A stretch of DNA of 62,842 nucleotides, filler included, from Globobulimina sp. (GCA_003354225.1; 53 parts of 53 records of this genome joined end to end with filler, not necessarily neighbours in it), one strand, 5' to 3'. Shown: positions 1 through 11,783, counted from the first letter of the whole stretch. Notes: generated by a model not told the origin, from the sequence alone. A program made the numbers and translations.

Positions 1-133
1 CATATGGATGTTTGGCCGAACATTATTATGTTTTACCATCCTTGATTAATTAATGTTGATTCGGTTTTGATTGCAACCGATAATAATCGACGCTATAAAG
101 TTTTTAATATAAAAATCTAAACTCTACTCATCA

Positions 134-1089
134 ATGTCTTCTGATGAAGATGTTGTGACTCGTTTCGTAAACAAAGGCAGTAATCATTATTATGGAGAGC
201 ATTCAAATAATAGTGCATTAAATGCATATATTTCAAATTCAAATTCAAACCGTGATGAAGCACGATATGACTCGTATACCTCATCAGATATCGATTCAAA
301 TGATCATGATAATAATGATAAAGATGATGTTAAACAGTCATTGAATATATTTAATCCGCAATCATCTTTTGTAAAAGATGATGATAGCAGCAATAATTCG
401 ACAGAAAGGCATGCTTTACTCCAAAAAGACGCAACCAAAGATATGCATGGTATGTTATTAAAATGTAATATTAATATAAATATAAATATATATGCGAATT
501 TGCGTATGTTTATTGTGTATTTGTTTAGGTCGATTACTTCGTGAAAAGGTAATGAGAAATCATAAATATTATTATTCGGCATTAACATCAGTTCATATCT
601 GGTCAATTGTATTTGTAACATCGTTAAATCATTTATTACGCAAATTTTATGAATATTTTTCCTATTTTATCTCCATTTATTTTGGAATATCTTTTTATTG
701 GATGGTGTGGAGCGTAGCAGCTCTCGACGTGGCCTGTATATTGTCGTCATCCTTAATCGTACCACTTATCATTAGTAAATCGCCGCATTTTATACAATTC
801 GCATGTGAAATATTTATAGGAATGAGCGCGTTAATGATGGTTTGGTGGAACAGTTTTGCTGCTTTGTTCGTATTGCGTTTTATATTTGGAATTGGATATA
901 TGTTAATATTATCAAATTGGAGCGCATGTATTTGTTCCTTTGTGTCCCCATCAAAGCAGTCCGCTGCGATTGGCCGAATTGATTTGTCCTGGTCCTTTGC
1001 TTCTTTTTTCTTTATTTTATGTGCCTATGTTATGGACAATTATGGTCTGAGCTATATCTTTTATATACTGTCCATATTAGCAATATTGT
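134..1089 (+). CDS. MFS-type transporter, 3'-partial; exons 134-449 and 529->1089
   Basis: A GTATGT...TTTAG intron at 450-528 joins ORF 134 in frame to ORF 492 (DMHG|RLLREK). Multiple TM helices with MFS-like 'LFVLRFIFGIG' and 'AIGRIDLSWSFASF'. Confidence 0.75.
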
Positions 1090-1189
1090 NNNNNNNNNNN
1101 NNNNNNNNNNNNNNNNNNNNNNNNNNNNNNNNNTTAATTAATTAANNNNNNNNNNNNNNNNNNNNNNNNNNNNNNNNNNNNNNNNNNNN
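1090..1189. other. Artificial contig-joining spacer (44 N + TTAATTAATTAA + 44 N); first of 52 such spacers
   Basis: The identical linker, with stops in all six frames, recurs every 1187-1189 bp. The contigs between linkers are 1089, 1088 and 1087 bp in decreasing order. Confidence 0.99.
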
Positions 1190-1319
1190 TCTTGCCGTTT
1201 CGTCATCGTTTTGATATTATGTGATCTAGAAAAATATATCTGAACATTTGTCGTTTATGAGGTGATAACAGTGATTTTAAGATTTTCACGAAGTAAGCTA
1301 GTCCTCGTAACTTTGAATA

Positions 1320-2278
1320 ATGAGAAAGTTGTTGTCTCCTTTGAAAAGGAACATTATCAACAACAATAATTTGATTCATTCACATTTTAATCGGTATGGA
1401 TCAACACTGATTGTGGGAGAACACAGCAATGGAATATTAAGTGATTCCACTAAATCATGCATAACCGCAGCCTCACAAATAAATAACAATGAATCTACCA
1501 ATGTATTAATATCTGGTTTAAATTGTGAAGATATTGCCAACGACACAGCAAAATTAAAAAATGTGAATAAAGTAATTTATTGCGATAACGCCTTATATTC
1601 ATCCTTTGGTTTAACTGAAAATATGAGCAATTTAATTTGTTCCGTCGTACAAAAATATTCATTCACACATGTCTTAGCGGGAATATCTTCCTTCACAAAG
1701 GATGTCATGCCACGCTGTGCCGGCATGTTAGACCTATCACAAATATCAGATTGCATAAAAATTATCGACGAGCATACCTTCCAACGCACCATATATGCGG
1801 GCAATGCTGTTTGTAATGTAAAATCAAATGAAAATATAAAATTGGTGACCATCAGACCCACCTCATTTGATAGTAACATTGAATGTGTTGGAGCTGGCTC
1901 TGAGGCCATCATTGAGAGCTATGATGGAGGATTGGATGCATTTGGAGCTAAACAGTTTATCAATGACGAATTAACAACATCATCAGGGCCATCATTGACT
2001 AGTGCCAGTGCAGTAATTTCAGGGGGAAGAGGCTTGAAAAATGGTGAGAATTTTGATATGTTGCGCGGAATATGTGAGTTAATACCAGATTGTGCGATGG
2101 GTGCAAGTCGAGCAGCAGTGGATGCCGGATATGTTAGTAATGATTTACAGGTTGGACAAACAGGGAAATGTGTGGCACCAAATGTATATATTGCTGTTGG
2201 TATTTCTGGTGCGATTCAACATATTGCTGGAATGAAGGACTCAAAATTAATTATTGCAATCAATAATGACCCAGAAGC
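1320..2278 (+). CDS. ETFA: Electron transfer flavoprotein alpha subunit (mitochondrial), 3'-partial
   Basis: Motifs VISGGRG, GASRAAVDAG, QVGQTGK, YIAVGISGAIQHIAGMKDSK. Basic N-terminal presequence-like extension. Confidence 0.96.
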
Positions 2279-2432
2279 NNNNNNNNNNNNNNNNNNNNNN
2301 NNNNNNNNNNNNNNNNNNNNNNTTAATTAATTAANNNNNNNNNNNNNNNNNNNNNNNNNNNNNNNNNNNNNNNNNNNNCATTTTATATGTATTTTGCTTG
2401 CAAATTGCAATGCAAATGAATGTAATATATAG

Positions 2433-3467
2433 ATTTGGTACTCGGATGTGAGTGACGTGAAAGAGGAGAAGAAGGACAATGACAAAGAGTCCCACTCCTA
2501 TTTATATTATAAATTATTAGCAATGGTCAAAATGCAATCACAGAAACAGTTAAATGAATTAGAAAACGTGTTGAAAGCCGATGCTTCCAAAGATGAAACA
2601 GCATGGAAGGACTTGGTCAAATGGGACATATCGAAAAATAAATTAACACACTTACAGCAAATACCAGGATCCGGAAGCAAGCCCATTGAACCACGGCAGG
2701 ATAATATTCCAAATGGGATTATTTCCGAATTCACTGCAAATCAATTGGACCACGACGCCACTGATGAGAGCTTCGATGGGTCCAAATTCTATGACTATCA
2801 TCAATATTTATCCAAAGTTGCATTATTGGCACAGATCGTCGACGATGAATTCCAGACCTCAGTGCAGCACATTTTTAATATTGACCGCTATACAAATACT
2901 GCACAATTGCAATTCAACACTAATATGGATGAGGAGAAGAAACATATGGAGCATGATGCTGATATTCTATACCAACGAGGTCCGGTTAAATTGTTGCACC
3001 GCGCCCGCGAAAAGGCAGAGAATGACTATGTGGATGAAGCATATCCGACATCCGCCTGCTTGCTGGATATGAATCGGTGCTCATTGATTTTCACGCAAAT
3101 CTCGTCGTTGTTGCGTGCGTTGGAATTGTTTGTGAACAAAGTGCGTTCATATCAGGCCGGGTGCATTATTGGTATTGTTCGCTGCAAGAATGGCTTTAAA
3201 GACTATGTGAAACGGATACAATATGCAGATATTAAGCTGAATGTATTGATCCGCGGCAAACGCAATAATATTATCGGGGAGATACAATTTTTATTGCAGT
3301 CTGTTGTGAATTTCAAATCAAAGGCACATAACACGTACGCGATAGAGAGAGAGGAAGAGTTTATATCCTCCTCTTTGTCCAACATATTGCCCTCTTTATT
3401 GGATCAAGAAAAACAACTTAAGATATTTGCAGCAATGGGCGATATTCACGGTTTATGTGAGATTATG
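2433..3467 (+). CDS. RelA/SpoT-like nucleotidyltransferase-domain protein (internal exon)
   Basis: GPVKxxxRAREKAENDY, LLDMNR, VRCKNGF, YADIKLN and IGEIQ occur in RelA/SpoT synthetase motif order. Putative intron acceptor TATAG at 2428-2432. Confidence 0.65.
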
Positions 3468-3949
3468 NNNNNNNNNNNNNNNNNNNNNNNNNNNNNNNNN
3501 NNNNNNNNNNNTTAATTAATTAANNNNNNNNNNNNNNNNNNNNNNNNNNNNNNNNNNNNNNNNNNNNGTTATGAAAGAAGCGAATGGTTTTCACCGTTCT
3601 TTCATATAAAACCTTAGCATAAAAACAATCGTGATGAAATTCAACACAGTCTAATGTGAACCAAGTGGTGCGGTGCAACAAACATTAGTTACCTAAAGTG
3701 GGTGAACCAGGTGATAATTATCGAAAAAACAGATACTTAAATTCAAAATAGTAACGATTACGATAGGATATTATGCTACAAATTTATATTTTTATGGTGA
3801 TTTGGGATAAGAACATTCATGGCGGCAATTTTTACACTGAATGTTATTTGCATCTCATCCTAAATCATCATACAATTACAAATACTTTGTCTCCAGGCTT
3901 AGCGTTTTCATCGTTTTCAGCAGAATTCAGGTATATGGATTAAGTCTTT

Positions 3950-4101
3950 GTCGTTTATGATAGTCGTAGTCGAGCAGAGTCAGAGTGTAGTGATCGAGTC
4001 AGAGGTTTTTTACTATTATTTAATTATCAGCTAAGCAAACCCATGGCACTCGATCACTGCACTCTGCTCAGCTCTGCTCTGACTCTCACTCATAAACGAA
4101 C
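3950..4101. repeat. Imperfect inverted repeat, MITE-like (arms about 3950-3999 and 4048-4101)
   Basis: Left arm gtcgtttatga...cagagtgtagtgatcgagt pairs with right arm actcgatcactgcactctg...tcataaacgaac. Confidence 0.6.
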
Positions 4102-4469
4102 TTTTAATCCTAAAAATTATCTGATTTCTATTTGGTGTAAATATGTTGTGTCAAAAAAATTGATTAAAATAGAATGATGAAATGTATCACGAAATACCTC
4201 ACATCATAGTCACAGATTTGATTTACAAGGCACTGGATATTTATTTTTGTCGCAACACATCAAAACCAATAATCCAAAGTGCACAATCTCTATTATGTTA
4301 TTTATGTATCTGTCATTAAATACCCACTGGTTCAGCAACTTTATGTTGGCTACATTTTGCAGTGACACATGATTCACCGCCTTTTTCTGTTAATTACAAG
4401 AAGCGAGAAACTTACTTTTTGTTTCTTTCTTAGTTTTTTAGTTGTTTTAAGAATTAAGATACAAGAAAC

Positions 4470-4655
4470 ATGGATATTGATTTTAAAATATTCAAAACAG
4501 ACACAACAAACTGTAATATTGAGAATAACGAAGATGAAATTGTGAAGAATTGCGACCATTTATTACGAATTGCATATTGTTTGCGATATTATCAGTTATT
4601 ATGTCAGAAAGAGAGTGATTTGAATGCGCAGCAAATATTGATTGAGTTTTGCAGT
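4470..4655 (+). CDS. N-terminus of orphan Cys/His-motif family protein, 3'-partial
   Basis: CDHLLRIAYCLRYY resembles CKSAQKIKAILEKY in the ORF at 37088-37660. Confidence 0.45.
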
Positions 4656-4755
4656 NNNNNNNNNNNNNNNNNNNNNNNNNNNNNNNNNNNNNNNNNNNNT
4701 TAATTAATTAANNNNNNNNNNNNNNNNNNNNNNNNNNNNNNNNNNNNNNNNNNNN

Positions 4756-5236
4756 AATATTTCTCGTCAATCTCTTGCTTTTCATTTATTTTCAAATTAT
4801 TTTCAATTTGTGGCAGTGTGTACGTAGAATGTGATATATTATCATCTATCGAATCAAACAATGTTTTGATTAGTTTTATGATTTTTGATATATCGCCAGC
4901 AATGATTAATAGTTTAGTATCTTTATCAAGAATGACATGATATTGTTTTAAATCTTGTACCAAATTACTCCAATTAAATACTGCATTGGCTGCAGAATAT
5001 TTATTTGTGTTCGTTGTTGATAGGTTTTCGAAAGAAAAGCTTGATTTGATGTTTCGTTTAATGCCAATACGATGCAATAACAGACTGAAAGAATAACCAC
5101 ACAAAAAATCTAATTTGCATTCATCTTTTAATATGTTTGTGTTTTGCTGGATTTTTTGGAAATCTGTCGCTTTGAACACTTCGTACTTGATGAGAAATGA
5201 TGCGATTTCATCTGGGATAAACATTTTATTTTTCAT
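4756..5236 (-). CDS. Hypothetical protein, 3'-partial
   Basis: Open frame of about 160 aa running to the contig end; no motif recognised. Confidence 0.45.
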
Positions 5237-5440
5237 TGCACTGATTGCCGTAATTTAATTATTCATACTAATGACGACCCTCATAATGTTGTAACTACGT
5301 CATACCGGCCATTCTAAATTCCAGTAAAGCTATAGCTATTTTGTGGTCTTTTAGGAAATTCAAGAAGAGTGAGGATTGTTATATAATTTCGTAGAAAACT
5401 GTTTCAAGTTTTTGTGCATCTTTTTCCTTTCTTATTCCTT

Positions 5441-5680
5441 TCAAATAAAACCAATCACAGCTCCTTTACATATTGCCGCTTTGAAACTTTTCGATGGCCA
5501 AACATATTCGGTTAATAATCCTGCAGCTAAACCAGTAGTTCCACCAATTACAACTACCGATATTGAGATTGGTAATGAAAAAATAAACGCACAAACGCAC
5601 AAACCAGCTACACCTCCTACAGTACCCGTAATTGCTGATGTTACATAATATGGTTTGTCTTTGCTTTGTGTATTTCCCAT
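5441..5680 (-). CDS. Small glycine-zipper membrane protein (79 aa), possible N-myristoylation
   Basis: MGNTQS start; two hydrophobic segments with GxxxG repeats (GTVGGVAG, GGTTGLAAG). Confidence 0.45.
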   Translation of the reverse strand: MGNTQSKDKPYYVTSAITGTVGGVAGLCVCAFIFSLPISISVVVIGGTTGLAAGLLTEYVWPSKSFKAAICKGAVIGFI

Positions 5681-5943
5681 AATTTCCGATCTGATCTGAA
5701 TAACAAATGCAGTCGAGTTGTGCACTATTGCTACAGGGAATAGTTTTGGCTTTGAATGGAAGAGTTTTGGCTTTAAACGTTTTTGAGGTTTAGCTTGAAT
5801 GGAACTTTAATCACTTTAATAAAAAGACGCAGGAATGGATGCANNNNNNNNNNNNNNNNNNNNNNNNNNNNNNNNNNNNNNNNNNNNTTAATTAATTAAN
5901 NNNNNNNNNNNNNNNNNNNNNNNNNNNNNNNNNNNNNNNNNNN

Positions 5944-6681
5944 AATGATGCCCCCAGAATCATTGTTAGAACATACAGCCTTGATAAGAAATTTTGTTTT
6001 GAAATTGAGGATAACGGATGTGGAATTTTAACAGAGGACCTGGAAAATATTTATGATCCTTCTTTTACTTTAAAAGGAAGCAAGGATGTAGCAGATTCAT
6101 ATAAAAGCGGCATAAAGGGAACAGGGTATGGGATGTCCAACGTAAAAAAATATATTGAGCAACACAAGGGCAATATTTCAGTTGAGTCGGAATTAGGCTT
6201 AGGGACTAAGTTTATAATCAGTCTGCCTGTTATTAAAAAAGAATTAACAATCGAAGAAAAGATAGAACTGCAAGAAGAAATAAAGCATTTTGAGAAGTAT
6301 ATCCTTCTTGTTGAAGATGAAACGGCCATCTCAAATGTGCAATACAGGATATTAACAGATGAGCCATGTAACCACAAAATTGATATTGCTAATACTGGGA
6401 AGATTGCAATGGATTTGTTTGATAGAAATGAATATGATTTTGTAAGTTTGGACTATGTTCTTCCAGGAGGAATCAACGGTATGGATTTTTATCATCATAT
6501 CAGAGAAACTAACAAAACCATTCCGATCTTGTTTGTTTCCGGTAATATTGAATTTTTAGAATCTATAAAAAATTTAAAACAACAAGATGCATATATTGAT
6601 CATCTGTCAAAGCCTTGCCAGAATAAAGATTATGTAAATGGTATTAATGAACTGCTGGAAAAAACATTAGCAGAACAATAA
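5944..6681 (+). CDS. Bacterial hybrid sensor histidine kinase, C-terminal HATPase_c + receiver domain, 5'-partial
   Basis: Frame is open from 5944. EIEDNGCGI (G1), YDPSFT (F), GTGYGM (G2), VESELGLGTKF, then receiver ILLVEDE, LDYVLPG.NG, FVSG, SKP. No introns. Confidence 0.92.
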   Translation, partial: NDAPRIIVRTYSLDKKFCFEIEDNGCGILTEDLENIYDPSFTLKGSKDVADSYKSGIKGTGYGMSNVKKYIEQHKGNISVESELGLGTKFIISLPVIKKELTIEEKIELQEEIKHFEKYILLVEDETAISNVQYRILTDEPCNHKIDIANTGKIAMDLFDRNEYDFVSLDYVLPGGINGMDFYHHIRETNKTIPILFVSGNIEFLESIKNLKQQDAYIDHLSKPCQNKDYVNGINELLEKTLAEQ

Positions 6682-7131
6682 TAACAATTCTGTTTTTTTG
6701 ATCTAAGGTCAACCACCATATTATGTGGCTGGAAAGAATATTTTTTTTATCATTTGGCATTCAACTATATGACCCAAACACATTGCCAGGAGCTATTCTT
6801 TCATATTCCAGTTAATAATATATCAAAATTATTTTCTGGGGATTTTAAAAAATTCTTTCCGGGATTATGTGACCAAAATCAATTTGAAGATGTCATTTCC
6901 CATATATCTTAATCTCAAGCCTGAAACTAAAAAATCTATCCATACCATATCTGGTATTCGGGTAAATTTTAAAAAGCCCGGACTGGAAAAAGAAACACTC
7001 GGTAAATTATCGGATTTGCCTCGTCACTATANNNNNNNNNNNNNNNNNNNNNNNNNNNNNNNNNNNNNNNNNNNNTTAATTAATTAANNNNNNNNNNNNN
7101 NNNNNNNNNNNNNNNNNNNNNNNNNNNNNNN

Positions 7132-7445
7132 TCGTATTACCTTAATACCAAATCCTTTTGCAATGGTTCAAATTGTATATGGTATACGCAGCCGGTATTT
7201 GCTTCTTGGTTGATGTCAATGCATTGTTTAGCAACTTTCGAATTGTCAATATTGATATATGTATGAATGTATTCTAATTTGTGTTTATTACTTTGGTAGT
7301 AATTGCTATCTGACACGTAAACCAACATATTATCCACTGGATATGTTTTCGTTTCATTTTTAGACTCTGGATACGAACTTGTAACATCGTTGGCTGTGTG
7401 CGTTGTGTAGTATTTCGATGGCTTTTTCGACTCGAAATGTGCCAT
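7132..7445 (-). CDS. Hypothetical protein first exon, divergent from the asparagine synthetase gene
   Basis: ATG at 7445; the open frame ends at an AG|GTAAT donor-like site near 7140. Confidence 0.4.
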
Positions 7446-7657
7446 GCTATGCACATTTCTAAGTGACATTTTTATTTACAAAAAACTGTTTTTCACAAAA
7501 CAAATACCTCACAATCTCACCATCCTTTCGCTACGGTGCGGAATCAACTTTGACCACAAGACGTCAAGACAGCTATAAACAAACCAAGAAACGAATTCGA
7601 ACAATCAAAAGAAAATTATTACGAAAAAAAGCAAACAAAAGAAAATTCTAAGAAAAA

Positions 7658-8219
7658 ATGTGTGGAATATTCGCATTGCTGTCAAAAAATTACGCTCAAA
7701 AATACAATTTATCCGAGTTGTTCAAAAACTTTGCGCACATTCAAGGCCGTGGCCCAGATTCCACCAAAATCGTGGGAATTAATAAGAATTTGTTTTACGG
7801 CTTTCATCGTTTGGCCATCAACGACTTAACAATTTTAGGCGACCAACCAATGCGATTTGTGGATCATGAAAATGATATCCATTTGATTTGCAATGGCGAA
7901 ATATATAATCACTTGGAGTTGGAAAAAGAATTTGACTTTGAACTGCAAGGCGCCTCCGACTGTGAAGTAATATTACACCTTTACAAACATTTCGGTGATA
8001 TCACTCAAGTCGCAAAGCGATTGGATGGCGTTTTTGCATTTACTTTATACGACGTTAAGAAAGATATATTATTCGCTGCCAGAGACCCAATTGGTGTCCG
8101 ACCATTATTCATCGGTTTGTTCACTTTGCAGTGTATACTTCTTGAAAATGTTAAAATGTTTTTCTTTACTAAAAAATGTTTTCACTTAAAAAAAAAATGA
8201 AAAGGTTTTGATGAGCACG
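7658..8219 (+). CDS. ASNS: Asparagine synthetase (glutamine-hydrolysing), N-terminal GATase domain; intron 8115-8204
   Basis: MCGIF, RGPD, GFHRLAI, GDQP, CNGEIYN, SDCEVI, LDGVFAF, ARDPIGVRPLF. Removing the GTTTGT...AAG intron restores PLFIG|FDEH. Confidence 0.95.
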
Positions 8220-8320
8220 NNNNNNNNNNNNNNNNNNNNNNNNNNNNNNNNNNNNNNNNNNNNTTAATTAATTAANNNNNNNNNNNNNNNNNNNNNNNNN
8301 NNNNNNNNNNNNNNNNNNNT

Positions 8321-9172
8321 CTTTCCGCATTTGCCATATTTTTAAGTGGACCCTGTTCCACAACAAAAGATATTGAAATTGCAATTAAATTTGCTAAACG
8401 CGATGGTATCATTATGCAATTAATAAATGATGAAAGTGCAGCATCATTACAAAATTATTTTGATTGTAGCTGGATTTCAAATTTTTCAGATGAAAATGAG
8501 AGATTATTTATGTTTACAAGTTTGAGATTAAAAATTGAGTCAATAATAATAATTGAGACAGCTAAAAATTATAAAGAGATTTTCCATGCATTTTATTTAT
8601 TTGATCATATCATATCTGGTGTATATGTTAGCAAAAACAATAATAATAATCTAAATATTTTGCCATCAGATATTTTAATATTGAATGCCTTAATAAATAA
8701 TAAATTAAATCAAGAAAAAGAGAAACAAGATATTGATCCATATATTATTGGTTCATTTCATTTATTTGTAAATAAAAAAACAGAATTAAAGATTAATATT
8801 TATGACATATTAACATATTTTAAGGAATTAAGTGATTTACTTTTTTATAGAGAGAATAATTCGTATTTAAATGTAATAAATCCGAAAATATTTCCCATAT
8901 TTACAAATCTCAATACAATTGTTATTTATACAACATATTTTGGTGGACAGTCAGAATATAGATTTAATTTATTATCATTTTTATCATCGATTGGATCATG
9001 CAAACCATCCATTAAATATATTATTAAAGCAGGGAGATCAATATTTGGAAGTGATAAAACCTGGTTAAGTGATATTTTGAATGAGTCAGTAAAACAAAGA
9101 TTTAATGATAAAAAATGGAATATAAATTTCTCAAAAGATGGTTATTCTGATTGTTTAATCATTAAGCAATGA
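8321..9172 (+). CDS. Protein with ADP-ribosyltransferase (R-S-E clade)-like catalytic motifs, 5'-partial
   Basis: Frame is open from 8321: GPCSTTKDIEIAIKFAKRDGII...FDCSWISNFSDENERLF (STS-like motif plus ExE motif). Confidence 0.6.
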   Translation, partial: LSAFAIFLSGPCSTTKDIEIAIKFAKRDGIIMQLINDESAASLQNYFDCSWISNFSDENERLFMFTSLRLKIESIIIIETAKNYKEIFHAFYLFDHIISGVYVSKNNNNNLNILPSDILILNALINNKLNQEKEKQDIDPYIIGSFHLFVNKKTELKINIYDILTYFKELSDLLFYRENNSYLNVINPKIFPIFTNLNTIVIYTTYFGGQSEYRFNLLSFLSSIGSCKPSIKYIIKAGRSIFGSDKTWLSDILNESVKQRFNDKKWNINFSKDGYSDCLIIKQ

Positions 9173-9507
9173 TTTATTTTTTTTCAATTGTTTTTGCATG
9201 TTTTTTTAATTGAGTGAAGATAATGGCTTGTTTGTAAACAACTAAATGAATTTTAACATGACTGAAGCACAAAAGTCATCATTTGACGAAGAGAGGGCAA
9301 TTAATGATACTGAGTTGGACAAAGAGCCAGAAATAATATTTTATGCGACAGGAAAGGATGGCAAAGCAATAAAGTTACATAACAGAATTGCATCGATACC
9401 CATCTCANNNNNNNNNNNNNNNNNNNNNNNNNNNNNNNNNNNNNNNNNNNNTTAATTAATTAANNNNNNNNNNNNNNNNNNNNNNNNNNNNNNNNNNNNN
9501 NNNNNNN

Positions 9508-10363
9508 GGTTAAATCTCACCATGGTTGGTGGCGGGCCTGATGGTTCAGGGCCAGGCGAGTGCGGCGCACCCATACTCTGGTCCCGATGGCGGCCCAATG
9601 TGTGCTGACTGAACAGCTGGGGCTGAATTGAGTAGGGGCAAGAGTGATCAGATTGATCCCTTTTGCCCGAGATCCTAGGCTTGGACACAACAGTACTAAC
9701 TGTCATTGCTGACGTATGACTTGTTAACCCTGGTTTAGGATCACTGAATTCATTATTACATGAAAACTCTGGCTTTCTTCTGAAAGCTTCACAAACATGA
9801 GGAGTCATGTTGAAGGTGTCATGTGATGGTACATTAACATCTGTATCATGGTTCAAGCTCGTTTCTGGAACTGAGCTGAATAAAGGATGAAGAGAATTAG
9901 TTACACTTTTATTAACATCTGTGTTCTGATAGGCACTCGGCACCAAGGGAGGTGTCACAGACCCCACAGATTTGCATACAAATTCATTTACGAATTCATT
10001 AAGTGTGTCGATCCCCACTAGGGGCAGACTGGCCACATCTGGACCAAACTCTAACAGCTCAAAGCTGTCATCACTGGCATTGCTCACATGATGTTTAGTA
10101 GAACACCTTTTGGGTTCTGTTAGTGTGGCTGATCCAGGCGTCAGAGGTAAAGGCACTCTCTGAGCATCAGCTGGTATGGCCAAGGTATCCTGACTGACGA
10201 GGCTGGTTGCCCCACCAGACATAGGGTCTTGGTCACCCCTAATGGCTCTAGATCCACTAAGGTTTACCAACATATTCTCAGAAGGGCCACAGGCTCCCTC
10301 ACTAACACTTGAACCAGGGTCTTTTGCAAGACTAGTGGCAAGGTTTTGTAATGGCAAACTCAT
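9508..10363 (-). CDS. Low-complexity Ser/Pro-rich ORF, possibly retroelement ORF1 from another organism
   Basis: Intronless frame of about 285 aa; visibly higher GC than neighbouring contigs; no catalytic motif. Confidence 0.3.
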
Positions 10364-10695
10364 TACTGATTAGAGAATATGGCCAAAAGGCAACTAAGTA
10401 ATGAATAAACACTCACAAAGGTTCGGACAAACAGTTAAAACAAGGAAGAACACAAAAACTGAACAGAGAGAACAAAGGTAAAACATACAAAATAAACAAT
10501 TTAGAGCTCCTTCTTGAACCAAAAACCAGAGGAGGGCAGTCTCCTCCCCGATTTTAGAATAAAATTGGCCTCAATTTTAAAGCACAGATGGACTTNNNNN
10601 NNNNNNNNNNNNNNNNNNNNNNNNNNNNNNNNNNNNNNNTTAATTAATTAANNNNNNNNNNNNNNNNNNNNNNNNNNNNNNNNNNNNNNNNNNNN

Positions 10696-11783
10696 AGTCG
10701 AAACGAGCCATTAAGTCAAGCTATCAAATGGTATCCATTAATATTAACTGGGTGTATAATATCTTTATCATCATTTATTTTCGGTTATGTGAGTGTCCAA
10801 TCTTCACTGATTATCGATCAATCATCCCCACCAAACAAAGGTGCAATCAATCATCGATTTAATCTCACCCCATTTGAGGAAAACTCATTGATACCATCCG
10901 CATCATTGATTGGTGCATCCATCGGTTCATTATCCATGTTATTTTATCCATCGTTAAAATATGGAAGAAAAAACATATTATTATTATCCAATATTCCTGT
11001 ACTCATTGGCTGTTTATTATGTATCTGTGCTGTATCTCCACCTATGCTTATCATTGGTTTTATATTCGAAGGCATTGGTTTTGGTATTTCGTCTGTTGTG
11101 GCACCTATTTTGTTGATGGAATTAGCACCAACTTCGATGCGATGCTGTTTTACTTTATTCCATCAGTTATTTATCACATTTGGTATTTTTTTTGCATCAA
11201 TTTCAGCTTTATTTTTTATTAAAAAGCAGGATGGCTGGAAATGGATCACATCCATAATAATAATAGTACCTATTTTGCAATTATTTTTTTACAAAAAAAT
11301 TCCTCAATCGCCTCGTTGGTTAATCGCACATTTTATGTCATTGAATAAAGAGAATATTGATCGTGAGTCGTTTGATGAAAATCAGGTGTTCGTAGAATTC
11401 GAAAGAAAGGAATTAGAATTAAACAATGAGGAATTATTAAACAGTGCTAAAGAAACAATAAATGGGTATTTGGTGAACCAAAATGAGTCAGATGTTGAGT
11501 ATGACGATGTTTACCTTTATTTCAAACATAATTTAGATACCGTTGCTATGGATGATACTTTTTCAAATAACTTAGGTTTGTTGCACATACATTGTATATA
11601 TATATATACATTAAAATTATATATAATAAACAGCTCAAATACGTGTAATGGCTGATTTCATTCGGCCTTTATGCATTGGAATGGCATTGAATGCTTTTCA
11701 GCAATGCTCAGGAATCAATTTTATTTTGTATCGATCACAGAACATATTAAGTAATTCAAAGATGAATGTTTATGCCATGATTT
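10696..11783 (+). CDS. Sugar porter (MFS) family transporter, partial; intron 11576-11633
   Basis: SSFIFGY (TM1), KYGRK, ELAPTSMR, HQLFITFGI, PQSPRWL, FQQCSGIN. The GT-AG intron joins the two ORFs in frame. Confidence 0.93.
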
